A stretch of DNA of 64,000 nt from an uncultured candidatus Brocadiaceae bacterium (GTDB lineage: Bacteria; Planctomycetota; Brocadiia; SM23-32). How positions within the stretch are numbered: position 1 is the stretch's first letter; each line of letters begins with the position of its first letter. Positions 44,475 to 53,253 of this stretch are shown here, piece by piece. The translations under genes were made by a program, and so were the position numbers. The notes under the pieces are model-generated. The model was not told the origin of the DNA. It did not search any database and saw only the letters and a program-made list of their open reading frames with translations. The DNA lies in the NCBI GenBank assembly GCA_964521715.1, contig CAZFSS010000001.1, positions 26,802 to 90,801 on the forward strand, read 5' to 3'.

Positions 44475-44557
44475 CGCCTGCGACGCCTTCCGAGCCTCCA
44501 CCGCGTGCGGCTTCTCCCGCGATTCGTTGGTGCGTCCCGCATTTGAGGGCAGCGCAG

Positions 44558-45418
44558 ATGGACACTCCGCTGGGCATCGTCGGGGGCAGTGGCCTCTACC
44601 GAATGGAGGGGCTCGAGGTCGAGCAGGAGGCGGAGGTCCGGACGCCCTTCGGCGAACCGTCGGACCGTTACGTGCTGGGCCGGCTGGACGGGCGGCCCGT
44701 CGCGTTCCTGGCCAGGCACGGGCGCGGGCATACCCTCATGCCCGGCGAGGTGAATTACCGGGCCAACGTCTACGGCTTCAAGAAGCTGGGAGTCCAGCGC
44801 CTGGTGGCCGTCTCTGCCGTCGGCAGCATGAGGGAGGAAATCCATCCGCTGCACATCGTGTTGCCCGATCAGTTCATTGATCGGACGCGCGGGCGGGCGG
44901 ACACATTCTTCGGCCGCGGCGTCGTGGCCCACGTTTCCTTCGCGCAGCCGGTCTGCCCCGAGCTGCATGGCGCGCTCCTGCGGGCGGCGGAATCCTCCGG
45001 CGCCACCGTCTGGCCGGGGGGGACGTACGTCTGCATCGAGGGGCCGGCCTTCTCCACGCGGGCCGAATCCCGACTCTACCGTTCCTGGGAAGTCAGCGTG
45101 ATCGGCATGACGAACCTGCCCGAGGCAAAGCTTGCCCGCGAGGCGGAGATGTGTTACGCTACGCTCGCCCTCGTGACAGACTTCGATTGCTGGCACGAAG
45201 CCGAGGAGGAGGTCTCCGTGGAGATGCTGCTGGATAACCTGCAGAGCAACGCCGGCACGGCCCGGCAGATCCTGAGGGCGCTCGTGCAGACGGTTCCTCC
45301 CGAACGCGCCTGCCCCTGTCGGGACGCCCTCCGAGACGCCATCGTTACCTCGCGCGAACACATCCCGGCGGAGACCAGAAGTAGACTGGACATCATCATT
45401 GGAAGATACGTAAAATAG
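44558..45418 (+). CDS. mtnP: S-methyl-5'-thioadenosine phosphorylase
   Basis: LGIVGGSGLY, MTNLPEAKLAREAEMCYATLALVTDFDCW typical of MTAP/PNP family II. Confidence 0.9.
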   Translation: MDTPLGIVGGSGLYRMEGLEVEQEAEVRTPFGEPSDRYVLGRLDGRPVAFLARHGRGHTLMPGEVNYRANVYGFKKLGVQRLVAVSAVGSMREEIHPLHIVLPDQFIDRTRGRADTFFGRGVVAHVSFAQPVCPELHGALLRAAESSGATVWPGGTYVCIEGPAFSTRAESRLYRSWEVSVIGMTNLPEAKLAREAEMCYATLALVTDFDCWHEAEEEVSVEMLLDNLQSNAGTARQILRALVQTVPPERACPCRDALRDAIVTSREHIPAETRSRLDIIIGRYVK

Positions 45419-45461
45419 CGCACGGATAGACTCCGACCGGTTCTGTGGGAGACTCGGGGAC

Positions 45462-46004
45462 ATGGCAGAGGAAATCGTCATAAAGTGCCAGAAGTGCGGA
45501 CAGAAGCTGAAGCTGACCGACAGCCGTTATATCGGGCGCAAGGGGCGGTGCCCGAAATGCGGGTCCGTGATCCGGTTCCAGAAGAGCGGCGAGGGCAAAG
45601 CGGACGGCAGCGAGCAGCAGGTCGTGGAGGTGGACGAAGTCGCCACCCGCAAGGACGCCCTGCTGAGGATACAGAAGCAGAATCAGGTGGCTGTCGTCAG
45701 CTTCTCGACCTCCCGGATACTGGATCAGACGAACGTCCAGCAGCTCGGCGAGGAGCTCGACGCCCTCGTGGACGAGCACAAGCTCGACAAGATCGTGCTG
45801 AACTTCGCCGGCGTCACCTACATGAGCAGCGCCGTCATGGGCAAGCTGGTCAGCCTCCTGAAGAAGGTCAAGACCGCCGGCGGCCGGTTGAAGCTCTGCA
45901 GTATCGAAGACAGCATCTATGAGATCTTCGAGATCATGCGGTTCGACAAGATGTTCGACATCGCGCAGAATGAAGACGACGCGGTGATCGACCTGATGGA
46001 CTGA
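45462..46004 (+). CDS. zinc-ribbon + STAS domain protein (anti-sigma-factor antagonist-like)
   Basis: N-terminal CQKCGQKLKL...CPKCGSVIRF zinc ribbon; C-terminal STAS-like fold (VAVVSFSTSRILDQTNVQQLGEELDALV...KIVLNFAGVTYMSSAVMGKLVSL). Confidence 0.75.
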   Translation: MAEEIVIKCQKCGQKLKLTDSRYIGRKGRCPKCGSVIRFQKSGEGKADGSEQQVVEVDEVATRKDALLRIQKQNQVAVVSFSTSRILDQTNVQQLGEELDALVDEHKLDKIVLNFAGVTYMSSAVMGKLVSLLKKVKTAGGRLKLCSIEDSIYEIFEIMRFDKMFDIAQNEDDAVIDLMD

Positions 46005-46009
46005 GTCGC

Positions 46010-46939
46010 ATGGTTCCCGATCGGGTCCCGCCCGGCAGCGACGGGTATAAGACATTCGGGTGGCAAGGCATCAACCTGACGGTCCCCCCGGCGTGGGAGC
46101 TTGTCTTCACTCAGGGCGGGCACCAGAGCGGCTACTTCAGACTCGCCGACGAGGACAGGACGCGTCTGGAGGTGCGCTGGGACGCCTCGCGAGAGGCCCT
46201 GCCGCCTGCCGACACGGTGAGCGCCTACCTGGACAAGCTCGCGAAGAAAGCCCGCAAGCGGGGAGATGAGTTCTCCTGCCAGCGCAGCCTGAAGCTGGCC
46301 TCGCCGCCTCAGAAGGAGGTCGAGTGCTATCGCTGGGCGGCCGACGGGCAGGGCATCGGGATGATGAGCCGATGCGCCGCCTGCGGCCGGGCCGTGCATC
46401 TGCAACTGCTGGGCGTGGCGGACGAATCGCTCAGAGGCCTGGCCCGGACCGTGTTCGGGTCTCTGAAGGACCACCCGGACGGGGACTGGCACCTGTGGCG
46501 CTTCTTCGACGTGGAATTCAGGAGCCCCGTGGGTCTCCGCTTGTTGAGGCCCAACCTGCAAGCGGGCTGCATTCGCATGCTGTTCGGGCAGGGGCGGACG
46601 AGGCTCGAGTTCATCCGGGTCAGCCTGGCCCAGGTCGTGTTGGGGGGCGAGGGCCTGGCGGAGTGGTTCCCCCGCTTCTACGCCAAGGCTTTGAAGCGCC
46701 GTTCCTACTCGATTCGCGGCACCGACGTGAAAGGGCACCCGGGCATCATCGTGGAGGGGCGCCCGTGGCTGCTGGTCAACCCGCTGCGGCTTGTCGGGCG
46801 TGGCCGGGCCGTCCGTGTCGCCGTCTGGCACTGCCAGGACTCGAACAGGCTCCTCGCCTGCTGCTTCGACGGGCCCGAGGCGGACGCCGGCGTCCTGTCG
46901 GATGCCGTGGACGGCTTTCGGTGCTGCGAAGGCGCCTGA
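46010..46939 (+). CDS. hypothetical protein (no family recognised; Cys-containing)
   Basis: 309-aa ORF starting 6 nt after the STAS gene stop, protein-like composition, internal CAACGR and CC motifs; function unknown. Confidence 0.55.
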   Translation: MVPDRVPPGSDGYKTFGWQGINLTVPPAWELVFTQGGHQSGYFRLADEDRTRLEVRWDASREALPPADTVSAYLDKLAKKARKRGDEFSCQRSLKLASPPQKEVECYRWAADGQGIGMMSRCAACGRAVHLQLLGVADESLRGLARTVFGSLKDHPDGDWHLWRFFDVEFRSPVGLRLLRPNLQAGCIRMLFGQGRTRLEFIRVSLAQVVLGGEGLAEWFPRFYAKALKRRSYSIRGTDVKGHPGIIVEGRPWLLVNPLRLVGRGRAVRVAVWHCQDSNRLLACCFDGPEADAGVLSDAVDGFRCCEGA

Positions 46940-46958
46940 GGAGTGCGATCGCCACGCA

Positions 46959-47360
46959 ATGAGACTGTTCGGCGGCAAAAGGCAGAAGGGCCCCGAACTG
47001 GACCGGGACCAGTCCCTCTCGGCGAAGCCCTTCCTGAACCGGCGGGTCAAGGTGGAGAGGACCGATGACGGGACCGTCATCCTCCAGGTCCCTCGCCGCA
47101 ATACGGCGATGATGAGGACCGTCTCGCGGTTCTTCCGGATCCCTCCTTACAGGCAGGTGGCACTTGACGAGCTCGGCACCTTCGTAATAGAACTTTGCGA
47201 TGGAACGCATGCCGTGCGGGATATAGTTGATAAGTTCGCGGAAAGGTTTAGACTGAACCGCCGAGAGGCGGAGGTTTCGACAAGTGCTTTCCTGCGGACC
47301 CTCGCCGGGCGTTCGATAGTCGGCCTGCTCATCGAGGAGACCGACCGGTCCGGGCGTTAG
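46959..47360 (+). CDS. PqqD-family protein (RiPP-recognition-element-like)
   Basis: LQVPRRNTAMMRTVSRFFRIPPYRQVALDELGTFVIELCDGTHAVRDIVDKFAERFRLNRREAEVSTSAFLRTLAGRSIV matches the PqqD pattern (LxxxGxxIWxLxDGxxTxxEIxxxL...DVxxFLxxL). Confidence 0.7.
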   Translation: MRLFGGKRQKGPELDRDQSLSAKPFLNRRVKVERTDDGTVILQVPRRNTAMMRTVSRFFRIPPYRQVALDELGTFVIELCDGTHAVRDIVDKFAERFRLNRREAEVSTSAFLRTLAGRSIVGLLIEETDRSGR

Positions 47361-47388
47361 CCTGTCCGGGGCGGCAGTGGGCTTCTGA

Positions 47389-48813
47389 TTGCGGAGGATG
47401 TCCGTGGCAGACAAGCATGGCGTGGCGCCACGTGGACGGCACGGGATCGGAAGACAGATCGTGCTGCCTCTGAGCAAGGCCTTCGAGATCGCCTGGAAGG
47501 GCATAAGGATCCGCATCTGGCGTTCGCTCATCACGATGAGCGGCATCATCCTGGCCATCGCCTTCCTGATGTCGGTCTGGACCACAAGCGTGTTCACGCG
47601 GGCGCTGCGCAGCGTTAAGCCGACCGACCCGATGTACGCGCTGGTGCAGGACTCTCTGGAGGCGGAAGCCATCGCCAGCGGCGGAGTCAGCATACGCTGC
47701 GCCGTGGTGGAGAGGGAGAACGAGGCGGTCACGGTTGAACGCGTTACTCCGGCGGCGAGCATCCGCGGTTTCCTGGATGCTGTGGAGGCGTTCCGCGCCG
47801 TATCCGTCCCGTTGGACGCCCAAGCGATCGGGGAATTGCTCGCCGGAGACGAAGCGCCCGGCGCGGTGATCCTTGCGGGGCTGCCGGACGCGGCCTCCGC
47901 CCTCGCCGTGAAGAACGCCCTCGGGAGCTACGTCGAGCAAGGCGGCTTCCTCCTGGTCTACGGCACCGAAGGGCTTCAGGCGCCGCCGTCGGCCGGGGAG
48001 AACGCCCTGGCCGAGCTGCTGCCGGGCGTGCCTGCGGGCGGGACCTTCTCGACGGAGGGAGCCCAGATCCGGCCCGGCGAACTCCTGGCGCAGGTGCTGT
48101 GGCAGAACCATCCCCGGGCTACCTTTGTGCAGACCTCCGGCAAGCCGGGCGCGGAGGCCCTCGCGACGGCGGACGGACGGGCCCTGGGCTGGCGGCAAGA
48201 CGTGGGTAAGGGCTCCGTGGCGTGGTACGCCGTGGCCGATGTTTCCGCTGCTGACCCGGACGTCGTGTCCTGGTTCCTGCGGGGTCAGATGGCGGAGGCC
48301 ACGGCAGAACCGGGCGGCAGGAGCGGTCCGCTGGTGCGGCTGCTGGCAAGAGGCGCCGGAAAGGCCGGTGAGCAGCGAGACATGCGAGGCGTCTGGCTGG
48401 TCACTCTGAGCCTCATGGTCTGCGTCGTCGGCATCACCAACGCCATGCTGATGAGCGTGACCGAGCGCTTCCGGGAGATCGGGACGATGAAGTGCCTGGG
48501 CGCGCTCGATAGGTTCGTCGTCAAGCTGTTCCTGATAGAGTCGTCGCTGCAGGGCGTGGCCGGCTCGTTGCTCGGAGCCGTGATCGGGTTCATGCTGTCC
48601 TTCGGCCGCGCGCTGTTCACCTTCCACGTCAAGGACGTGCAGACGGGGGAGGGCTACTGGCTCGCCCTGCGGTACTTCCCCGGCCTCGGCCTGCTGGGCT
48701 GGGGGGCGGTGGCCATGGGCACGGGGATCGTGCTGAGCGTGGTCGCCGCCATTTACCCCGCCATACGGGCTGCCCGGATGGAGCCCGTGCAGGCCATGCG
48801 CGCTGAGGCGTAG
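47389..48813 (+). CDS. ABC transporter permease (FtsX/MacB-type, large periplasmic domain)
   Basis: N-terminal TM helix, ~250-aa extracytoplasmic domain, C-terminal FtsX-type 3-TM bundle (GITNAMLMSVTERFREIGTMKCLGA); TTG track start, ATG alternative at 47398. Confidence 0.85.
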   Translation: MRRMSVADKHGVAPRGRHGIGRQIVLPLSKAFEIAWKGIRIRIWRSLITMSGIILAIAFLMSVWTTSVFTRALRSVKPTDPMYALVQDSLEAEAIASGGVSIRCAVVERENEAVTVERVTPAASIRGFLDAVEAFRAVSVPLDAQAIGELLAGDEAPGAVILAGLPDAASALAVKNALGSYVEQGGFLLVYGTEGLQAPPSAGENALAELLPGVPAGGTFSTEGAQIRPGELLAQVLWQNHPRATFVQTSGKPGAEALATADGRALGWRQDVGKGSVAWYAVADVSAADPDVVSWFLRGQMAEATAEPGGRSGPLVRLLARGAGKAGEQRDMRGVWLVTLSLMVCVVGITNAMLMSVTERFREIGTMKCLGALDRFVVKLFLIESSLQGVAGSLLGAVIGFMLSFGRALFTFHVKDVQTGEGYWLALRYFPGLGLLGWGAVAMGTGIVLSVVAAIYPAIRAARMEPVQAMRAEA

Positions 48814-48867
48814 GTGCTGCCGGAGCGGGACGCCGGCCGTGTCGGGAAATGAGAGGAGGGGTAAACC

Positions 48868-49677
48868 TTGGCGGAAGCAACGGCTGTGGAAACCGGCGTG
48901 GGCCAGCAGATCGTGGTCCGCACCAAGGACGTCAAGAAGGTCTACAAGATGGGCAAAGTCGAGGTCCACGCCCTCAAAGGCGTAACGCTGGAGGTCTCGA
49001 TCGGCGAATACATCAGCATCATGGGCCCGAGCGGGAGCGGCAAGACGACCCTGTTCAACATGATCGGCGCCCTTGACAAGCCGAGCAGCGGCCAGGTCTA
49101 CATCGACGAGGTGGACGTGGCCCAGCTGGACGCCTATGAACTGGCCTGGCTGCGCTGCCGCAAGATCGGCTACATCTTCCAGACCTTCAACCTCATCCCC
49201 GTCATGTCCGCCCTGGAGAACGTGACGCTGCCCATGACGTTCGCCGGACTGACCACCGACGAGGCGCGCGACAAGGGCATGGACCTCCTGGACCAGGTGG
49301 GGCTGGCCGAGCGCTACGACCACAAGCCGTTCGAGCTTTCCGGCGGCCAGCAGCAGCGCGTCGCCATCGCCCGCGCAATGGCCAACTCCCCCAGCATCAT
49401 CCTGGCCGACGAGCCGACCGGCAACCTCGACCTGGCCACCGGCAAGGAGATCATCCAGCTGCTGGGCGAGATGAACAAGAAGCAGCACGTGACCATCATC
49501 ACCGCCACGCACGACATCAAGATGCTCAGCGCCTCCGACCGCATCATCTGGGTGCGGGACGGCACACTCGCGAAGATCGAACGCCGCGAGGACCTGGACA
49601 TCCAGGTGGGCTCCATCGGAGGCGACGCCGAAGGCGGCGTAGAGGCCAGCCTCCGCGGCGCGCTGGAGGAGGATTGA
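48868..49677 (+). CDS. ABC transporter ATP-binding protein (MacB/LolD type)
   Basis: Walker [10 protein letters not shown], signature [14 protein letters not shown], Walker [13 protein letters not shown]-loop. Confidence 0.95.
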   Translation: MAEATAVETGVGQQIVVRTKDVKKVYKMGKVEVHALKGVTLEVSIGEYISIMGPSGSGKTTLFNMIGALDKPSSGQVYIDEVDVAQLDAYELAWLRCRKIGYIFQTFNLIPVMSALENVTLPMTFAGLTTDEARDKGMDLLDQVGLAERYDHKPFELSGGQQQRVAIARAMANSPSIILADEPTGNLDLATGKEIIQLLGEMNKKQHVTIITATHDIKMLSASDRIIWVRDGTLAKIERREDLDIQVGSIGGDAEGGVEASLRGALEED

Positions 49678-49744
49678 GCCGGGCGCAGCCGCCCCTTTGA
49701 GCGTGAGCCACGCGTCCTGCGGCCCGCCCGGAGCCGGACGGGCT

Positions 49745-50932
49745 TCAGTAGATCCTGCTCAGCTCCGCCCCCGGATAGTAGTACCGCAGGATCTCCCACC
49801 AATCCCTGCCGGCCGCCGCCAGCCCGCGTGCGCCCCACTGGCACAGGCCGACGCCGTGACCGTGACCGTGTCCCTTGAAGAGGAACCGGCCGTCGCCTGC
49901 CTCCACGGTGAAGCGGGCGCTCTTGAGCAGGTTCGAGCCCACGCTGGACCGGAAGGCGTTCGCGCTGACCCGCAACGTGCCGTTGACCTCAACGTAGCGC
50001 GCGTACCCGTCCCCTTCGACGCCCACGGGCGATATCGTGCGCACGGGCTCTGCGTCGTCGCGACCGAGCGCCTGGGAGATCCGGTAGCCCGGGATTTCCG
50101 CGCGCCATTCGTAGGTGGGGCTCTGCCGGCACCACTCGCACGGTACCCCCTGCAAAGGAGGAATGGGGTCCATGGCGAACGCCTTGTCGACTGCGGCCGT
50201 GTGCCCTCCGCACGTGCTGTGGAAGTAGGCAGGCAGTGCCTTCGACCCGTAGGTGAGCACCACTCCGGCCGTCAGCCCCACGGCCAGGTCGGCGGAGGCG
50301 TTCTCCTCGGCGCTGCCGCCGTAGGCCATGTCGTACGGGCTCAGATAGCCCTTGTCCTGCAGGGCGTAGAGCATGAAGGTCCTGGCCGCCACGGCCTGGG
50401 CCATGAGGGCGTCGAGCGGCCAGGTTCGGTACACCTCGGTGCCGACGACGCTGCGCAGGTAGTCGTCCGGCCTGACGAGGTCCACCGCGACGATGCGGCC
50501 GTCAGAGCCGGCTTCGACGGCGAGCACGCCCCTGTACTTGCGCCCGCCGAGCCTGAACGGGCCGGAGGAAGGCTGCAGTTCCAGCTTGGCCCAGGGCTGC
50601 TGCTCGTCGTCCAGCACCAGATGCCCCTCCGCAACGGCCAACCGCCACGGCCCGATGCCGCCGGTCAGGGCCTCCCGCGTCCCGTCGGCCACGCCGTACC
50701 AGGTGCCGCCCTCGGCGCACCCCGCGAGCAGCTCCCCGTCCGATCTGGCCAGTTGGGCTCGCATGAGGGGCGGCTCGGCCACGGCCGGCGGAGCCGGCGG
50801 GTATGCGAGCGGCCACTGCGGCCTGGCCGGCCGGCAGGAGAGAAGCAACAGCGCCGGGCCCGCCACCATCAGGACAAGGAGCAGTGCCCCGCCCACACCG
50901 CATGCGGCCTTTAGATGGGTCCGCTTCCTCAC
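49745..50932 (-). CDS. SpoIID/LytB domain protein
   Basis: Signal/TM N-terminus; SpoIID-type motifs ([42 protein letters not shown]). Confidence 0.85.
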   Translation of the reverse strand: MRKRTHLKAACGVGGALLLVLMVAGPALLLLSCRPARPQWPLAYPPAPPAVAEPPLMRAQLARSDGELLAGCAEGGTWYGVADGTREALTGGIGPWRLAVAEGHLVLDDEQQPWAKLELQPSSGPFRLGGRKYRGVLAVEAGSDGRIVAVDLVRPDDYLRSVVGTEVYRTWPLDALMAQAVAARTFMLYALQDKGYLSPYDMAYGGSAEENASADLAVGLTAGVVLTYGSKALPAYFHSTCGGHTAAVDKAFAMDPIPPLQGVPCEWCRQSPTYEWRAEIPGYRISQALGRDDAEPVRTISPVGVEGDGYARYVEVNGTLRVSANAFRSSVGSNLLKSARFTVEAGDGRFLFKGHGHGHGVGLCQWGARGLAAAGRDWWEILRYYYPGAELSRIY

Positions 50933-50975
50933 GGCCTCCTCGCTCGGGTTGCGCTGGCGCTCATGCCTCGCCGGG

Positions 50976-51557
50976 TCAGCCTTTCTCCATCGGGCCAGGG
51001 CCCTGGTAGACGTGGCGCGTCGTGTCCCTGAATCTCTCCCACTCGCTGAAGACGCAGCCGCAGTAGCTCTGCAGGTAGAGCCTCATCTCCCCGGCCCGGC
51101 GGTGGCTCTCCTCGGCCAGCGGCCGCCAGTCGAGGTACAGGAACGGGACCCCCGCCAGGTCGGCGCATTGCTCGCCAATGCTCCGGGCCAGGTCATGGTA
51201 CTGGTGATGGCTGGCCAGCAGCGTTGTGGTAAACGCGCTGAACCCGCGCCGGGCCGCCTCCTGCGCCGTGCGCTTCAGGCGGAAGCGGTAGCAGTCCGCG
51301 CAGCGTTCCCGGCGTTCAACGCCGGACCAGCGCACGGACCTCAGGTACTCTTCCAGCCCGTAGTCCTCCTCGCAGAGGACACCGATCGGCAGGCGCTCCT
51401 GCAGCACCTTCAGGGCCTTCTTGCGCCGGCGGAACTCGATCAACGGGTGGATGTTGGGGTTGTAGAAATGCCCGGTCACGTCGTGCCCCAGGTCCACCAG
51501 ATTCTCATACGGGCCGATGGCGCAGGGAGCGCAGCAGATGTGCAGGAGGATTCGCAT
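50976..51557 (-). CDS. queH: epoxyqueuosine reductase QueH (DUF208)
   Basis: MRILLHICCAPCAIGP N-terminus with conserved Cys cluster, plus CADCYRFRL and CGCVFS. Confidence 0.9.
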   Translation of the reverse strand: MRILLHICCAPCAIGPYENLVDLGHDVTGHFYNPNIHPLIEFRRRKKALKVLQERLPIGVLCEEDYGLEEYLRSVRWSGVERRERCADCYRFRLKRTAQEAARRGFSAFTTTLLASHHQYHDLARSIGEQCADLAGVPFLYLDWRPLAEESHRRAGEMRLYLQSYCGCVFSEWERFRDTTRHVYQGPGPMEKG

Positions 51558-51594
51558 GGCGTGCTGGGGCGCGGACCGGGCGCGCGGAGGAGCT

Positions 51595-52644
51595 TCAGAA
51601 CAGGGCGCCTTGTCCCTCGCCGTCCTGTCCCTCGCCCAGGTGTTCGCGGACCATCTTTGCCCCGTCGGCGGTGAGGACGCGTCCGCGCGCCGTCCGCTCC
51701 ATCAGGCCCTCCCTGATCAGGAAGGGCTCGTAGACGTCCTCAATGGTGTCTTCCTCTTCGCCGACGACGGCGGCTATGGTCTTGAGGCCGACGGCCTGAC
51801 CGGCGTTGCGGGCCAGCACCAGGAGGATCCTGCGGTCCATCTCGGCGAGGCCCATCTGGTCGACTCCCAGTCGGGCGAGTCCCTCCAGGGCCAGTTCGCA
51901 CGTGACCGCGGAGCGGCCCTGTGCCTGGGCCACGTCCCGGATCCGTCGCAGGAGGCGATTGGCGACCCGAGGGGTGCCGCGGGCGCGCCGGGCGATCAGC
52001 GTCGCCGCCTCTTCGTCAATGCCTATGTTGAGGACGCGGGCGCTGTTCTTCAGGATGCAGGTGAGCTCGTCCGGCGTGTAGAAGTCGAGTCTCTCCATTA
52101 TCTGGAACCGGCCCCGCAGAGGCGGGGAGAGCAGGCCTTCCCGCGTCGTCGCGCCGATCAAGGTGAAGGGCTTCAGGTCCATCCTGACCGAGCGGCTGTG
52201 AGGCCCGGAGTCGATCATGATCGAGATGAAGAAGTCCTCCATCGCCGTGTAGAGGAACTCCTCGACGCGCACGTCGAGACGATGTATCTCGTCGATGAAG
52301 AGGATGTCGCCCGCCTGCCGGTTCGTCAGCAGGCCGACCAGGTCGCGCGCCTTGGTGAGCGCGGGCCCGCTGGTCGGCTTGATGTCCACTTGGAGCTCAT
52401 TGGCGATGATGTAGGCCAGGGTCGTCTTGCCCAGGCCGGGCGGCCCGCTGAAGAGGATGTGGTCCAGGGCCTCGCCCCGCATTCTGGCTCCCTGGATCCA
52501 CGTCTTCAGGTTCTCGATGGTCTTGGGCCGGCCCACGAAGTCCCTGAACGAACGAGGCCGCAGCATGCCGTCCAGCGCGCGCTCGTCGTCCTGGGGAAAC
52601 CCCGAGTATACGCTCCGGTCTCTCGTGGCAGCCATTTGCCGCAC
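51595..52644 (-). CDS. ruvB: Holliday junction branch migration DNA helicase RuvB
   Basis: LFSGPPGLGKTTLA Walker A, DEIHRL Walker B, winged-helix C-terminus. Confidence 0.95.
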   Translation of the reverse strand: MRQMAATRDRSVYSGFPQDDERALDGMLRPRSFRDFVGRPKTIENLKTWIQGARMRGEALDHILFSGPPGLGKTTLAYIIANELQVDIKPTSGPALTKARDLVGLLTNRQAGDILFIDEIHRLDVRVEEFLYTAMEDFFISIMIDSGPHSRSVRMDLKPFTLIGATTREGLLSPPLRGRFQIMERLDFYTPDELTCILKNSARVLNIGIDEEAATLIARRARGTPRVANRLLRRIRDVAQAQGRSAVTCELALEGLARLGVDQMGLAEMDRRILLVLARNAGQAVGLKTIAAVVGEEEDTIEDVYEPFLIREGLMERTARGRVLTADGAKMVREHLGEGQDGEGQGALF

Positions 52645-52665
52645 GTCGCTGCGAGATCAATGCTC

Positions 52666-53247
52666 TCAATGGGAGAGCGCTTCTTCAACCAGGCTCTGTC
52701 TGTCCGCATCGGCGCCGAGCTTCTTCACGGCCGCCTTCACGGCCCTCTCGGCCGCCGCCCGCGATTCGCCCAGGGCGATCAGAGCTGCGACGGCGTCGCG
52801 GGCGACCTGGCCGGCCGGCCCCTCCCAGGGCTCGACGGCCAGTCCCTCGACGGGCCCCTGAAGCTCGGCCACCAGCCTCCTGGCCGTCTTGGCTCCGATG
52901 CCCTTCACCATGCTCTTGAGCGCGTCGACGTCCTCGTCCAGGACGTAGCGCTTGAGCTGCCCGGGCGTGCATCCGCTCAGGATCCGCATGGCCACCATCG
53001 GCCCGATCTGGCTGACGCCCAGCAGCATGTGGAAGAGCTGGCGTTCGACCTCGGTGGCGAACCCGTACAGCCGCAGCTCGTCCTCGCGCACGTGCAGGCA
53101 GGTCAGGAGCCGGACCTCTTGGCCGACCTTGGGGAGGGACTCATAGGTGGCCAGAGAAACGTGCAGGCGCAAACCGACCCCGGCCGTCCGAACGATGGCG
53201 ACGCCAGGGCTCTTGGAGGCAAGCTCGCCCTGGAGGAAGTCGATCAT
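52666..53247 (-). CDS. ruvA: Holliday junction DNA helicase RuvA
   Basis: MIDFLQGEL...LYGF N-terminal OB domain, HhH motifs, C-terminal RuvB-interaction domain. Confidence 0.9.
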   Translation of the reverse strand: MIDFLQGELASKSPGVAIVRTAGVGLRLHVSLATYESLPKVGQEVRLLTCLHVREDELRLYGFATEVERQLFHMLLGVSQIGPMVAMRILSGCTPGQLKRYVLDEDVDALKSMVKGIGAKTARRLVAELQGPVEGLAVEPWEGPAGQVARDAVAALIALGESRAAAERAVKAAVKKLGADADRQSLVEEALSH

Positions 53248-53253
53248 CCCGAA

